Below, piece by piece: positions 48,226 to 56,479 of a DNA stretch of 64,000 nucleotides (within the stretch, counting starts at the first letter, position 1; each line of letters opens with the position of its first letter). Where the stretch lies: contig CALKEP010000015.1 of assembly GCA_938084645.1 (NCBI GenBank), forward strand, positions 37,094 through 101,093. The letters are read 5' to 3'. A program made the position numbers and the translations under genes. The DNA comes from an uncultured Phycisphaerales bacterium. GTDB taxonomy: Bacteria > Planctomycetota > Phycisphaerae > Phycisphaerales > SM1A02. Below the pieces are notes generated by a model that saw nothing but the letters and a program-made list of their open reading frames with translations, did no database searches and was not told the DNA's origin.

Positions 48226-49307
48226 ATCAGCGAACACGACATGCCGTCGCGGTTCTCGCCGCGTTCGGGTTCTTCGGTGCGGGGGCGGCCTTCGGCCAGG
48301 ATGACGTCGCCGGTCCCGTCGAGGTCGAGGTCGATCGCCCCGGTGCGGAGAACGCGCCGGCGTTCGAAGAGATCACGCCGGAACTCGACGAGGCGGTTCG
48401 CAAGGGGCTGGCATCGCTCGCGGTCATCCAGAACGCGGATGGTTCCTTCGGACGCGGTCGGTATGGAAAGCACGTCGGAATCACGTCGCTCTGCGCACTC
48501 GCATTCATGGCGGACGGTCATCTGCCGGACCGCGGTCGCTACGGCACCGTGGTTTCGAAGGCCCTCCAGTTCGTGCTCGACAACGCGACCGAGACCGGGC
48601 TGCTCGCGGCGGAGACGTCGCACGGTCCGATGTACGGACATGGATTCGCGACCCTCTTTCTCGGTGAGATCTACGGAATGAACCCCACCGACGAACGGGT
48701 TCGCGACGCGTTGGGACGGGCGGTCCGGCTGATCGTGAACAGCCAGAACGAAGAGGGGGGATGGCGGTACAACCCGGTTCCCTTCGATGCCGACGTCTCG
48801 GTCACGATCTGCGAGATCATGGCGTTGCGATCGGCACGGAACGCGGGAATCAAGATTCCGCGCGAGACCATCGACCGAGCGGTCGAATACGTCCGCAAGT
48901 GCCAGAACAAGGACGGTGGATTCCGATACATGACGCAACCGGGTGGTGCGGCGTGGCCGCGAACCGCCGCGGGGGTCGCGAGTCTCTTCTACGCCGGCAT
49001 CTACGAGGACGATGCGATCGAGCGTGGCCTGGACTATCTGGTCAAGGTCGCGGCGCCCGGCGTCGGCGGGCGAGGGCCCGGGAACGCCCACTACTACTAC
49101 GGCCAGTACTACGCGGTGCAGGCGATGTACCTCGCGGGCGGCGAATGGTGGGCGCAGTGGTGGCCCGGCGTTCGTCAGGAGCTTCTGGTGCGACAGTCGG
49201 GGGATGGCTTGTGGGTCGATCATCAGATCGGCGATGCCTACGCGACCGCGATGGCCCTGATCGTCCTGCAGATGCCGAAGCGGTACCTTCCGATCTTCCA
49301 GAAGTGA
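48222..49307 (+). CDS. Prenyltransferase/squalene cyclase repeat protein (exported)
   Basis: QNADGSF, QNEEGGWRY, QNKDGGF and QSGDGLW repeats, MYGHGFAT, YYYGQYY. Confidence 0.88.
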   Translation: MNQRTRHAVAVLAAFGFFGAGAAFGQDDVAGPVEVEVDRPGAENAPAFEEITPELDEAVRKGLASLAVIQNADGSFGRGRYGKHVGITSLCALAFMADGHLPDRGRYGTVVSKALQFVLDNATETGLLAAETSHGPMYGHGFATLFLGEIYGMNPTDERVRDALGRAVRLIVNSQNEEGGWRYNPVPFDADVSVTICEIMALRSARNAGIKIPRETIDRAVEYVRKCQNKDGGFRYMTQPGGAAWPRTAAGVASLFYAGIYEDDAIERGLDYLVKVAAPGVGGRGPGNAHYYYGQYYAVQAMYLAGGEWWAQWWPGVRQELLVRQSGDGLWVDHQIGDAYATAMALIVLQMPKRYLPIFQK

Positions 49308-49323
49308 TCTCCCGGATGCGACG

Positions 49324-50595
49324 TTGATGCGAAGAGACCGACAGCATCGTTCCCTGCCCTTCGTGGCCACCATCCTGGCGTTCGCCGGATCGGTGGCTCC
49401 GGCATCCGGGGGCGCCGCCTCCGCCTTGCAGGACGGGAACCCGGCCAGCCGTTCCGTCGGATTCTCCGACGGGGCCCGGATCCTCGATGAGGATCTCCGG
49501 GAGATCGTCGCGAATCCGATCCGGATCGACGAGACGAAGGTCATCGGCTGGGACCAGCCCGGCGGGATCCCCGATCCCATCCCCCTGCTTTCCGCGCTCG
49601 CGGTGGTGGTGGGTCCATCGACCGATCGGGAGGTGACCCCCGTCTGGAGATACGTGCGCGAACGCGCGGGTGACGACGCGGCCATGGTCGCGCCGTACGT
49701 GCGCTTCACCGACGGACAGATCGTGCCCGGCAACCTGACCGCCGACGGCGAGACCCCGCTCTGGCGGAGTGCATGGCTTCATCCTCTTCCGCTCGATCTC
49801 GAACGGATTCGCGAAGTTCGGTTGGTCGAAGGCGCGACCGTTCCCGTCGCGACCGAAGCCGACGAAGTGGTGCTCGTCAACGGGGACCGCATCCGAGGTC
49901 TCGTGGAATCGATCGGAACGCACCTGGTGCTCGAACAGGAGGATGATCCCGATGGCGAGCCGCTTCGAATCCCACTGGATCGAGTCGCATCCTTCGCCCT
50001 CGTGAACCCCGAGGATCCTCCACAAGGCACGATCGTCTGGTTCCTCGGTGGTCACCGGATCATCTGCAAGGGCATCGCCGTCACCGGAAACAGCTACGTC
50101 CGGCTCGATGGGCCCGCGCTCGGTGGCGAGGCGATCGAGGTCCCGTACGAGTTTCTTCGGGGCGTCGTGTTCGACGCGCGGCGAATCACTCCACTCGCGG
50201 CACTCCCGATCACGGTCGGACCCGGACTTGCGGCGCCGATCCGATCGTGGATCCCGGAACCGGTGATCGAGCCCGGCAACTGGGCGTGGAACGCCGCCCC
50301 CATCCGCCTGATGGGACCGCTTCGAGCGAATTGGAGGCTTCCCGTCGCCGGCTGCCGGATCGCCACGACCCTGGAGCTTCCCCTCGACTCCGACCTCGGT
50401 CGGCTCGAGGTGGTGGTGCGGGACGGCGATCGCGAGGTCCGACGGATTCCCCTCGACGCCGAGCGGCCGGTCCACCGGCTCGTGGTGGAGCTCGATACCG
50501 ATCGATTCGGTCTGGAGATCGAGATGGGGGAGGATGGTCCGTTCCACGACGTCGTCACGCTCCGTGAGGCGATCGTGGTGAGGCCGGTGGACTGA
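49324..50595 (+). CDS. Exported hypothetical protein
   Basis: Signal-like N-terminus, D.V.L.NGD...G motif, beta-rich C-terminus; fills the operon gap before recO. Confidence 0.7.
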   Translation: MMRRDRQHRSLPFVATILAFAGSVAPASGGAASALQDGNPASRSVGFSDGARILDEDLREIVANPIRIDETKVIGWDQPGGIPDPIPLLSALAVVVGPSTDREVTPVWRYVRERAGDDAAMVAPYVRFTDGQIVPGNLTADGETPLWRSAWLHPLPLDLERIREVRLVEGATVPVATEADEVVLVNGDRIRGLVESIGTHLVLEQEDDPDGEPLRIPLDRVASFALVNPEDPPQGTIVWFLGGHRIICKGIAVTGNSYVRLDGPALGGEAIEVPYEFLRGVVFDARRITPLAALPITVGPGLAAPIRSWIPEPVIEPGNWAWNAAPIRLMGPLRANWRLPVAGCRIATTLELPLDSDLGRLEVVVRDGDREVRRIPLDAERPVHRLVVELDTDRFGLEIEMGEDGPFHDVVTLREAIVVRPVD

Positions 50596-50599
50596 ACCG

Positions 50600-51316
50600 A
50601 TGCCCACGATCCGCGACGAAGCGATCTGCGTCCGACACTGGGACTTCAGCGAGACCAGCCAGACCGTCTCCCTCTTCCTTCGCGACCACGGACTGGTTCG
50701 CGGGCTCGCGAAGGGAGCACGGCGCGAACGAGGCGCCTTTAGTGGAGGATTCGATCTCTTCACCCGAGGCGAGATCGTCCTGATCTCGAAACCGGGCAGG
50801 GAGCTCGTGACCCTCACGGAATGGACGTTGCTCGAGACGTTCCCCATCCTCCGACGGGACGCCGCGGCGAATCGGTGCGGCTGGTACCTCGCGGACCTCA
50901 TCGGTCGCTTCCTCCATCAACCCGAACCGCACCCCGCGACCTGGACGGCGACGGTGACCGCGCTTCGGGAACTGGATGCGGGCGTGTCGGTCGATCGTGT
51001 CCTGCTGGCGTTTCAATGGCGTCTGCTGTGCGATCTCGGGTACCGACCACGACTCGACCTCGAAGGTCTCGTCGGTGACACCGTCGCTTTCAGTTCGGAA
51101 TCCGGAGGGGTGGTCGAGGATTCGGGAACGCCGGATCGATGGCGGGTCCGCCGAACCACGATCGAGCTCCTTGATTCGATCGCGTCGGAGGACGGCGTGG
51201 TGCCGGCGCTGGCGGAACCCGATTCCATCGGCCGCGCGAATCGCCTGCTGGCGACCTGGGTGCGAGAACTTCTCGGCACCGAGACCGTCCCCATGCGCCT
51301 GCTGTTCGGGTCGTAG
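50600..51316 (+). CDS. recO: DNA repair protein RecO
   Basis: DFSETSQ.V..F...G.V...AKGARR, DLF, LGY.P.L. Confidence 0.9.
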   Translation: MPTIRDEAICVRHWDFSETSQTVSLFLRDHGLVRGLAKGARRERGAFSGGFDLFTRGEIVLISKPGRELVTLTEWTLLETFPILRRDAAANRCGWYLADLIGRFLHQPEPHPATWTATVTALRELDAGVSVDRVLLAFQWRLLCDLGYRPRLDLEGLVGDTVAFSSESGGVVEDSGTPDRWRVRRTTIELLDSIASEDGVVPALAEPDSIGRANRLLATWVRELLGTETVPMRLLFGS

Positions 51317-51454
51317 GGCGCTCAGCTCGGTTTCCGGACCACGTCGCGATCCGCTTCCCGCGGTCGGTCTTCACCCCCTCCGAAGAGGGGTCGAAGTGAT
51401 GATCGCGAGAGGATCGGTCTCGAAGATCGATCGCTCGCGGGGAGGAGCGAGGAG

Positions 51455-52921
51455 ATGAACGACACCGCCTTGAAGCGGATCATGGAGAGTCCCCAGCTTC
51501 CGACGCTGCCTGCGGTGGCGGTCCGGGTGCTCGAACTCACGAGTCGACGTGACGTGGAGCTTGGTGAGATCGCGAAGGCGGTCGAACACGATCCGGCGAT
51601 CGCGACCCGGGTGCTCAAGACCGTGAACTCGAGTTTCTACGGTCTGACCCGGCGGGTCGGTTCGATCCGCCAGGCGCTCGCCTATCTCGGCCTCGAGACG
51701 GTGAAGGGGCTGGTCCTCGGCTTCAGCCTGGCCCGTGCGTTCAAGGGTGATGAGGATGTCGTCTTCGACTTCGAGGAATACTGGAGGCGGAGCATCTTCT
51801 CGGCGAGCGCCGCGCGATCACTCGCTTCGATCGTTCGAATCGGCGATCCCGACGAGACGTTCCTCGCGGCGCTGATCCAGGACGTGGGAATGATCGCCCT
51901 CTGGAAGCACTACGACGATCGTTATCTCCAGGTCTACGATCTGGCCGCCGGATCCCATGACCGGCTCGCCGGTTTCGAGCAGCGACACTTCGAGGTCGAC
52001 CACGCGCAGATCGGGGCCGCGATGCTCGAGGGGTGGAAGTTCCCGTCGCACATCGTCGACGTCGTCCTGATGCATCATCTCGGCACCGAGGTGGCCGCAC
52101 AGGACGAGGACATGCGACGAATCGTCCTGCTGGCGAACCTCGTCGCGGAGACGCTCGGACCCGATGCCGATCGCGCCCAGAAGGCTCTCCAGGAGTACGA
52201 GGAACTCGCCTCGACCTGGTTCGATCTTCGTCGAGGAACCGCCTTCGCCGCACTCTCCTCGATCACGGAGCACGCTCGTGAACTGGGCCGCATGTTCGAC
52301 ATCGAGTCCAGTGGTCGTCCCGACGTCGACTCGATTCTCGAGGAGGCCGACCGACTTCGCCGCGCGAACCGGGTCGCCACTCCGACCACCGACCTGCCCG
52401 AGAACATCGATGGTCTGACGGGACTTCCCGATCGGACCGCTTTCCAGAAGGACCTCCTCGACGTGTTCGAGTCGGAGGTCGATGCATCGATCCTGCTCGT
52501 GGGCATCGACGGCATGCGGGAACTGAACCGCGCCGGCGGTCCGGGCACGGGCGACGCGGCCCTGACCAAGGTCGCGGAGGCGGTGATTCGAACCTGCCGC
52601 GAGGCGGTGGGTGAGTCCGCGACGGTGTTCCGGTTCGTGGGCGCCGAACTGGCGGTGGTGACGCGTGGTGATTCCGCCCGACAGGTCGAGATGCTCGCCG
52701 AGCGAATCCGCGCGACGATCAGGCTCGCGCCGCTCGCCGACGAACGACTGGGACTGACCAGGCTGGGCGCCTCGCAGGGAATCGCGCGGCGGATGGCTGC
52801 AACCGACACGCCCGATGAACTGCTTCGAGCCGCGATGATGGCGACGAGCGAGGCTCGAAGAAAGGGTGGCGACGCGATCTTCGCGTGGGGCGAGGGCGAA
52901 GCGAGCAGGGTCGCGGCCTGA
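51455..52921 (+). CDS. HDOD domain plus degenerate GGDEF protein
   Basis: LPTLP, DPAIATRVLKTVNS, ALIQDVG, DHAQIG; DGLTGLPDR...RFVGAEL. Confidence 0.88.
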   Translation: MNDTALKRIMESPQLPTLPAVAVRVLELTSRRDVELGEIAKAVEHDPAIATRVLKTVNSSFYGLTRRVGSIRQALAYLGLETVKGLVLGFSLARAFKGDEDVVFDFEEYWRRSIFSASAARSLASIVRIGDPDETFLAALIQDVGMIALWKHYDDRYLQVYDLAAGSHDRLAGFEQRHFEVDHAQIGAAMLEGWKFPSHIVDVVLMHHLGTEVAAQDEDMRRIVLLANLVAETLGPDADRAQKALQEYEELASTWFDLRRGTAFAALSSITEHARELGRMFDIESSGRPDVDSILEEADRLRRANRVATPTTDLPENIDGLTGLPDRTAFQKDLLDVFESEVDASILLVGIDGMRELNRAGGPGTGDAALTKVAEAVIRTCREAVGESATVFRFVGAELAVVTRGDSARQVEMLAERIRATIRLAPLADERLGLTRLGASQGIARRMAATDTPDELLRAAMMATSEARRKGGDAIFAWGEGEASRVAA

Positions 52922-52930
52922 CGAGGGCGA

Positions 52931-54160
52931 TCACCCGCCGCCACGAACCGCGAGCAGTCGATCCAGTGGCAGCGAATCCAGGGCCTCCCGGATGTCGTCG
53001 AGACCGACCGCTCCGATCTTCGCGAGCTCGTCGTCGAGCGTGGCGTAGTCCAGGCCGTAGCTCCAGCGGGAACCCAGCCGGGTCATGCGGCCCATCGGGC
53101 GCTCGCTCGCCAGCATCGCGGATGTCGCGATCTTCGCGCGGCTCCGCACCAACGCGTCCTCGTCCACGGTGGAAGCGAGTCGGGCCATCTCCCGACGGGC
53201 GATCGACTCGACCTGTTCGGCGTTCTCCGAGGCGCACACGATGGTCGCGATCGCCTCGCCACAGCCCTCGTGGGTCTGGAGGTGCATCGTCGCCTCCTCG
53301 GCGAGTCCGGTCTCGACGAGTTCCCAGAAGAACGTCGAACCGTCGCTGTCACCGAGCGCCTGGAACGCCTGGGCCATGGGGTACTTCCGGGGGTCGGCGA
53401 TTCCGACCGCCGGCGCAAGCAGCATGATGTATCGCTGCTGGGTGTCGGGAAGATCGACCTCGATCTCGCCCGGTACGAACTCCGGATCGACGTGGACTCT
53501 TCCGGGTTCACCCTTCGGCCAGTGTCCGCAGAGCGCCTCGGTCCGGGCCACGAGGTCGTCGAAGTCGACCCGCCCGGATGCGACGAGCACGCCGTTGTCG
53601 GCGGAGTACCGCCGATCGAAGTAGGCCTTCATCTGATCACGCTGGAGATCGCCCACGGTCTGTCGCGTTCCGAGCACCCGATGGGCGAGCGGATGCGATC
53701 CGAAGTATCGCTCGAGTCCCTGCTCGAAGAGGACCCAGAAGGGTTGATCGTCGTACATCGCGATCTCTTCGAGGATCACACCCTTCTCCTCGTCGAAGTC
53801 CTCGGTCCGAAGGGAGGGGCGAAGGATGTCGGCGAGGATGTCGAGGGCGTCGTCGAACGCGTCATAGGGGACGTGGGCGTAGTACGCGGTGATCTCGGTC
53901 GTCGTGAACGCGTTGTGGTTGGCACCGAGATCGTCGAATCCACGGTTGACGTCTTCGGCGGTCCGCCGTTCCGTGCCCTTGAACATCATGTGCTCGAGGA
54001 AATGGCTGACGCCCATCACGGAAGAGGCCTCGTCGCGGGCACCGGTCCGGAAAAAGAACCCCGCGGCGCTCGTCATCGCCCCTGGAACGATCTCGGCCTG
54101 GACCGTGAGTCCGTTGGGAAGGACGGCTTCTCGGAATTCAACGTCGGTTGCGATGCTCAT
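52931..54160 (-). CDS. M16 (pitrilysin) family zinc peptidase
   Basis: LPNGL, GVSHFLEHMMFKGT (HxxEH), NAFT, EKGVILEEI. Confidence 0.94.
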   Translation of the reverse strand: MSIATDVEFREAVLPNGLTVQAEIVPGAMTSAAGFFFRTGARDEASSVMGVSHFLEHMMFKGTERRTAEDVNRGFDDLGANHNAFTTTEITAYYAHVPYDAFDDALDILADILRPSLRTEDFDEEKGVILEEIAMYDDQPFWVLFEQGLERYFGSHPLAHRVLGTRQTVGDLQRDQMKAYFDRRYSADNGVLVASGRVDFDDLVARTEALCGHWPKGEPGRVHVDPEFVPGEIEVDLPDTQQRYIMLLAPAVGIADPRKYPMAQAFQALGDSDGSTFFWELVETGLAEEATMHLQTHEGCGEAIATIVCASENAEQVESIARREMARLASTVDEDALVRSRAKIATSAMLASERPMGRMTRLGSRWSYGLDYATLDDELAKIGAVGLDDIREALDSLPLDRLLAVRGGG

Positions 54161-54236
54161 GAGGGGAGAATAGGGGAGTCGGGCGGGGAAGGACGCCGAT
54201 TTTCCCGAGGGGGGGTGCTAGACTGAGGGACGCGCC

Positions 54237-55376
54237 ATGAGCATTGAATCGAACATCGAACCCGACCCCAGGACGGACGGCCGAACCGCGAGCTCGACCG
54301 GAGACGCCACGGTTGCGAGCGAAGCGGCGATCGGGCGGACGCTGGCTCGGCATCCCCGGCCCCTGGGAGGAGACACGGCCCGCAGCACGCTCGGGACCGC
54401 GAGCCTCTCCCTCACCGGCATGGTCCTCGAGAACGGTGATGCCCATCAGATGCGGGTCGGGCGGAAGCCGGAGTGGCTCCGGGCGAAGGTGCCGGGTGGC
54501 GAGGGCTACCGGAATCTCAAGTCGCTCATCGACGAGCATCGTCTCCACACGGTCTGTCAGGAGGCGAGTTGTCCGAACATGGGGGAATGCTGGGAGCGTG
54601 GTACCGCGACCATCATGATCCTGGGCGACACGTGCACGCGAAGCTGCGGCTTCTGCAACGTCAAGACCGGAAAGCCCATGCCCGTCGACGACGACGAGCC
54701 ACGTCGGGTCGCCGAGGTCCTCGCCCGAATCAATCTCAAGCACGTCGTCATCACGAGCGTGGATCGAGACGACCAGCCGGACGGTGGCGCTCGAATCTGG
54801 GCGGAGACCATCGAGGCGGTCCATGAAGCCTGTCCCGACACCAGCGTCGAGGTGCTCGTCGGGGACTTCAAGGGCGTCGAACGGGACATTCAGACCGTCT
54901 GCGACGCGCGTCCCGAGATCATCAGCCACAACATGGAGACGGTCGATCGGATGCACCCCGCAGTCCGACCACAGGCCCGGTACGAGCGGAGCCTGAAGGT
55001 TCTCCAACAATTCAAGGCGAACGGGCTCGTGACGAAGACGGGCATCATGCTGGGGATCGGTGAGCACGAAAACGAGGTTCTCGACCTCCTGCGGGATGTT
55101 CGGGCGTGGAGCGACTGTGACATCCTCACGATCGGTCAGTATCTGCAACCCACTCGAAATCACCTCCCGATCGATCGCTGGGTGCACCCCGACGAATTCG
55201 CGAGACTCCGTGAGGCGGCGCTTGCGGCCGGCTTCGAGGTGTGCGAAAGCGGTCCGCTGGTCAGATCCAGCTACCACGCCGAAGAGCAGGCGGAGCGTCT
55301 GAGCCCGGAGCGGGCGGACGTCCATGAACGGATGAAACGCCTGATCGCCCAGGCCCGTGATCGTGGATCCTCCTGA
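54237..55376 (+). CDS. lipA: Lipoyl synthase
   Basis: TVCQEASCPNMGEC, CTRSCGFC, VITSVDRDD, IGQYLQP, GPLVRSSYHA. Confidence 0.97.
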   Translation: MSIESNIEPDPRTDGRTASSTGDATVASEAAIGRTLARHPRPLGGDTARSTLGTASLSLTGMVLENGDAHQMRVGRKPEWLRAKVPGGEGYRNLKSLIDEHRLHTVCQEASCPNMGECWERGTATIMILGDTCTRSCGFCNVKTGKPMPVDDDEPRRVAEVLARINLKHVVITSVDRDDQPDGGARIWAETIEAVHEACPDTSVEVLVGDFKGVERDIQTVCDARPEIISHNMETVDRMHPAVRPQARYERSLKVLQQFKANGLVTKTGIMLGIGEHENEVLDLLRDVRAWSDCDILTIGQYLQPTRNHLPIDRWVHPDEFARLREAALAAGFEVCESGPLVRSSYHAEEQAERLSPERADVHERMKRLIAQARDRGSS

Positions 55377-56435
55377 TTGAATTCGACCCGGGCTCCCCCG
55401 GCGACCTATCATCCGAGTTCGAATCGCGGGGATCCATTCAGACCCGCCGCCCTCCGAGAACCAATCATCTCCACCATCACGCCCTTTCCGCCGGCCTCAC
55501 CGAAGCCGACCCCGATCCAGCGCCCCGTCGCGACTCGCCCGACCGTGGCGCTGGTGCGCTACGTGGTGCCGGTGGTCGCCATCCACCTGCTCGGGTTTCT
55601 CTGCCTGGTCCCGGCGTTCTTCTCCTGGACCGGTGTCGTGGTCTGTCTCATCGGGGTCCACCTGTTCGGTCAGGCGATCACGATGGGGTATCACCGCCTG
55701 CTGACGCATCGAAGCTTCGAAGCCCGGCTCTGGTTCGAACACCTGCTCGTCCTTCTGGCGATGTGCTCCTTCGAGGACACCCCGGCACGCTGGGTGGCCA
55801 CGCACCGCGTTCATCACGCGCACAGCGACGAACAGGAAGACCCCCACAGTCCACTGGTGAGTGCGTTCTGGGGGCACATGGGCTGGCTGCTCGTGTTCAA
55901 CCGAGCGCTTCACACCGCAGGCAGTTACGAGAAGTACGCACGTGACGTCCTCCGCGACCCCTTCTACATGTGGCTCGAGCGACGCTCATGGCGGATCGCC
56001 GTGATCTACGTCATCCACGCCATCCTGTTCTTCGTCGTCGCATTCGCGATCGGCGCGTCGATCTGGGGCGTCACCGAAGGACTCTGGTTCGGGGCGAGCA
56101 TCGTGGTCTGGGGCGTGATCGGCAGGACACTGCTGGTCTGGCACATCACCTGGAGCGTCAACAGTCTTTCGCATCTCTTCGGGTATCGAAATCACGAGAC
56201 GAACGAAGAGAGCAGGAACAACTGGTTCGTGGCCCTGGTGAGCGCCGGCGAGGGTTGGCACAACAATCACCACCACGATCCGAAGTGCTGCACCGTGAGT
56301 CATCGTTGGTGGGAGCTTGATGTGACCCACCTCGAGGTCCGGTTGCTTCGCCGGATGGGAATCGTCACGTCCATCGTGCCGCGTCGCGAAGAGCGGGCCC
56401 GCCTTGCGATGTCGAAGGTGAAGGATTCGGCCTGA
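55377..56435 (+). CDS. Membrane fatty acid (delta-9-like) desaturase; start uncertain
   Basis: His boxes GYHRLLTH, HRVHH, GEGWHNNHH; WWELD. Confidence 0.9.
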   Translation: MNSTRAPPATYHPSSNRGDPFRPAALREPIISTITPFPPASPKPTPIQRPVATRPTVALVRYVVPVVAIHLLGFLCLVPAFFSWTGVVVCLIGVHLFGQAITMGYHRLLTHRSFEARLWFEHLLVLLAMCSFEDTPARWVATHRVHHAHSDEQEDPHSPLVSAFWGHMGWLLVFNRALHTAGSYEKYARDVLRDPFYMWLERRSWRIAVIYVIHAILFFVVAFAIGASIWGVTEGLWFGASIVVWGVIGRTLLVWHITWSVNSLSHLFGYRNHETNEESRNNWFVALVSAGEGWHNNHHHDPKCCTVSHRWWELDVTHLEVRLLRRMGIVTSIVPRREERARLAMSKVKDSA

Positions 56436-56479
56436 TTCTCGAAGCGGACGGATCGAAGGGATCCGCCGGCCGAACCGGA

